DNA of 64,000 nucleotides, from assembly GCA_010093705.1 (NCBI GenBank), contig MU006104.1, positions 62,001 to 126,000 of the forward strand, written 5' to 3'. The notes below the pieces were generated by a model that had not been told where the DNA came from, did not search any database, and saw only the letters and a program-made list of their open reading frames with translations. The stretch is from Patellaria atrata CBS 101060. Its lineage: Eukaryota. The position numbers were made by a program, and so were the translations under genes. Below are positions 61,661 through 64,000 of this stretch, one piece after another (positions within the stretch are counted from its first letter, which is position 1; every line of letters begins with the position of its first letter).

Positions 61661-61676
61661 CTTTTTTTTTTTTTTT
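61661..61676 (+). repeat. Poly(T) tract
   Basis: T-run of about 15 nt. Confidence 0.85.
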
Positions 61677-63306
61677 GTCTTTGTAGCGTCTCTCTTTCGT
61701 TGGCAGATTAAGTAGAGAGTAAATCCTACCTACCCTGTGATGATATCCTTTTTCTACTTACAGAACCAAGATGACGAATGGATTCAGCGCGGCGAAACTA
61801 TGAGCTGGTAGGGTGGGTGGTTGTTGGAGACAGACTAGTTGCTTCATTTTCACTTGATTTTCTTCGCTGTCCCTGGGGTCACTGGATATGAATGGTATAT
61901 CCGAATGTATAGCAAAAGGAGATTCCCAACCGTGGTGGGCTGGTGGAGAATACTCCAGATGTCGAGCATGTGAAATTATTACCCCCTCGTTAGAGCGGTA
62001 TAGTATGGAACGTACAGTACTAAGTTCATGGTGAGTAGTATGGTGATACCACGTCGACAGTACGGAAGAGTTTCACCTCAAGCCAAAGAATCGTATAGAA
62101 ATACCGTGAAATGATGTCTCCCTTTTGAACTTTGGCTTCATACGATGTCCATCGCTACTAGTTTGACCGATGGTTATGGGTGGGGAAGAGGATCACTGTC
62201 GTCCGTGCCGTCTGGTCCCTAAGACCCGTTATCAGGGATATCAAGAAGTCGACATTAGGGACTCAGTGATGCGTATACCAAGGATGATATTGCAGGAGTA
62301 TCTTTCGAGTCGTCAACAGTATCGCACCCGTCAGTGTCTACACCCTGAACTTGCTGACATCGCATATCCGTACTAAGAGGTCGACATCGACGATTTACGG
62401 TGTCCGGAATCCGCATGTCTGTTTAATCTTAAGGAGCAGAGTGATGCGATGGCAGAATCAGTGAGATAGATCCCATCCGGATCCGCTGAGTTTGAAGCAA
62501 AGAAAGTTAGTTTAGGAGTAAGTGAGGAAACCAGTTATGTTTTGCAGAGCTAAGGAAGCGGGAAGTAATGAACATCTTAAAGCTCAAATTGACGCTAAAT
62601 TATGTGCTACAGTGGAAGATAGGGTAGAAGTGATATGATACGCCTTTTTTCTGAACGCAAGCGCCTCCACCAACGCCACCGATGTCCACTTGCAGACAGG
62701 GTCTCATAAGATCGTCTAACGATCGCTAAATATATCGCGTGAATCATGATTGTCGTAATGTGAATACGAAAAGCCAGTCTTCCTCGTATTTACGCCGTGG
62801 ATACGCTCCGTGACAGGTTAAATCTTACCGGAGTTGAGTTCGCACTACAAACCACCATGCGCAGGAAATAACCCTCTAGAGATTTAGAAAGAGATCGGAG
62901 TGATATCAAATGGGAAAATTTTGGTGTTGCGCCAGATAACGCCGGTAACGATGTTAAAGAGGATTCTTTGGGGTGCTTGCAGAATTGCCCCCACGCTTCA
63001 CGCCACCACCTTTCTGCCCTGTGTTTTTCGAACGCCTATTTGCACTCTGATAGAGCTTGAAATGACAGTGATATAATTGAACATAAGAAATGATGGTTTG
63101 CATGCACTTCCCTTGTTGTGTGAGCCTTGGATGCTGTACTGTAGCCTTGGAAAGACGTAGAGCCTGGACTGTTTCGGCTACTGACCTCTGAGCAGAAGTA
63201 AGACTAGAGAGCACAACGGTATGTGTGTACTTGTACAGTATTGGTCATGACAAGGGGGATATGTTGTACTACCAAGAATACGAAAGGAATGCGAGGTACG
63301 GAGCAA

Positions 63307-64000
63307 CTAGTCCTGAGTAAAGGACCATGTGTCAAACATGTTGCTACTATCTGATAACGGCTCAAAGCTGTTGAACGAATCGACCGTAAAAGCCAATCCC
63401 ATTGAGCCACCAAATGCATTCTGGTCGAACACGGACGAATCCCCAAGCAGTGGCACGACTGCCTGGTTATTGTTGACATGTTGATCCACATCCGGCGAGT
63501 CAAAACTCTGCAACGTCTCAACGGTATTGGGATATGAACACTGTGAGGGTTGTTGAGAAGAAGGACCAGAAGGGCTCACCGAGCCAGTGAGACCGGTCCG
63601 GATTCGACTGATGAGATAGTCAGCTTTAGCCGCAAGGTCTCTCGTCACATTTGCGGCACTAGCCGCGATAGCGAAATTGTTGCCAAAATTTTCGAAAACG
63701 GCAATTGCATTGTTGATCGCCTTCCGAGCCGAGGGTGTAGACGGTGCAATAGGGTAAGCGAGCACAAAACCGATCATGGATAAGGTTGCGTTCCACTGCC
63801 ATTGGAACGGTTCATGCCACCCGCTTAGAATATCCGTCTCTGTCAGTACTTGATGCATAATATGAGTGATTGCAATCGCGTGGTTGACGCACGATATAGC
63901 GTGCCCTTCAGCTATTGGAGTTGCGCTGGATGCTGGAGAGAATGAGATGAAAGGTCGATATAGGTTCATTGAGAGGTTATGATAGAGGAGCTCTAAAAGC
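63307..64000 (-). CDS. 3' part of a fungal-specific transcription factor (Zn2Cys6 middle-homology-region type), truncated by the window edge
   Basis: Open frame from the window end: LLELLYHNLSMNLYRPFISF...CVNHAIAITHIMHQ...FQWQWNATLSMIG...AIAVFENFG, then an acidic/Phe activation-like tail. The DNA-binding domain lies outside the window. Confidence 0.7.
   Translation of the reverse strand, partial: LLELLYHNLSMNLYRPFISFSPASSATPIAEGHAISCVNHAIAITHIMHQVLTETDILSGWHEPFQWQWNATLSMIGFVLAYPIAPSTPSARKAINNAIAVFENFGNNFAIAASAANVTRDLAAKADYLISRIRTGLTGSVSPSGPSSQQPSQCSYPNTVETLQSFDSPDVDQHVNNNQAVVPLLGDSSVFDQNAFGGSMGLAFTVDSFNSFEPLSDSSNMFDTWSFTQD

Overview
Eukaryotic DNA from a filamentous ascomycete (Pezizomycotina, probably a Dothideomycete; inferred from short GT-AG introns with CTAAC branch sites and from the protein sequences). 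The left end (0.1-10.1 kb) holds five contiguous catabolic genes: a FAD monooxygenase with a PTS1-like end, an HP0310-like cyclic-imide hydrolase/deacetylase, an SDR, an amidase and a phenol-hydroxylase-like monooxygenase. They match, family for family, the hxnX/hxnM/hxnW/hxnN/hxnV genes of the fungal nicotinate (vitamin B3) degradation pathway, here in one block with shared G-rich promoter motifs. Next come a 4-exon CYSTM gene missed by the ORF track, VPS8 and a DUF3752 gene. Two decaying accessory islands (~19.2-29.6 kb and ~37.2-44.4 kb) contain F-box-like paralog pairs (one intact and one broken copy each), a CorA-like pseudogene and a repeat-containing pseudogene. Core genes are cytidine deaminase, an atypical SDR, eIF3d, CCT4, RPT1, SDH1, RPL3, PP2A-B55 (CDC55), a YEA4-like UDP-GlcNAc transporter, PMT4 and the 3' end of a fungal transcription factor. 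No rRNA, intact tRNA, CRISPR array or intact transposon was recognised. Exon boundaries were read by eye and no database searches were run.
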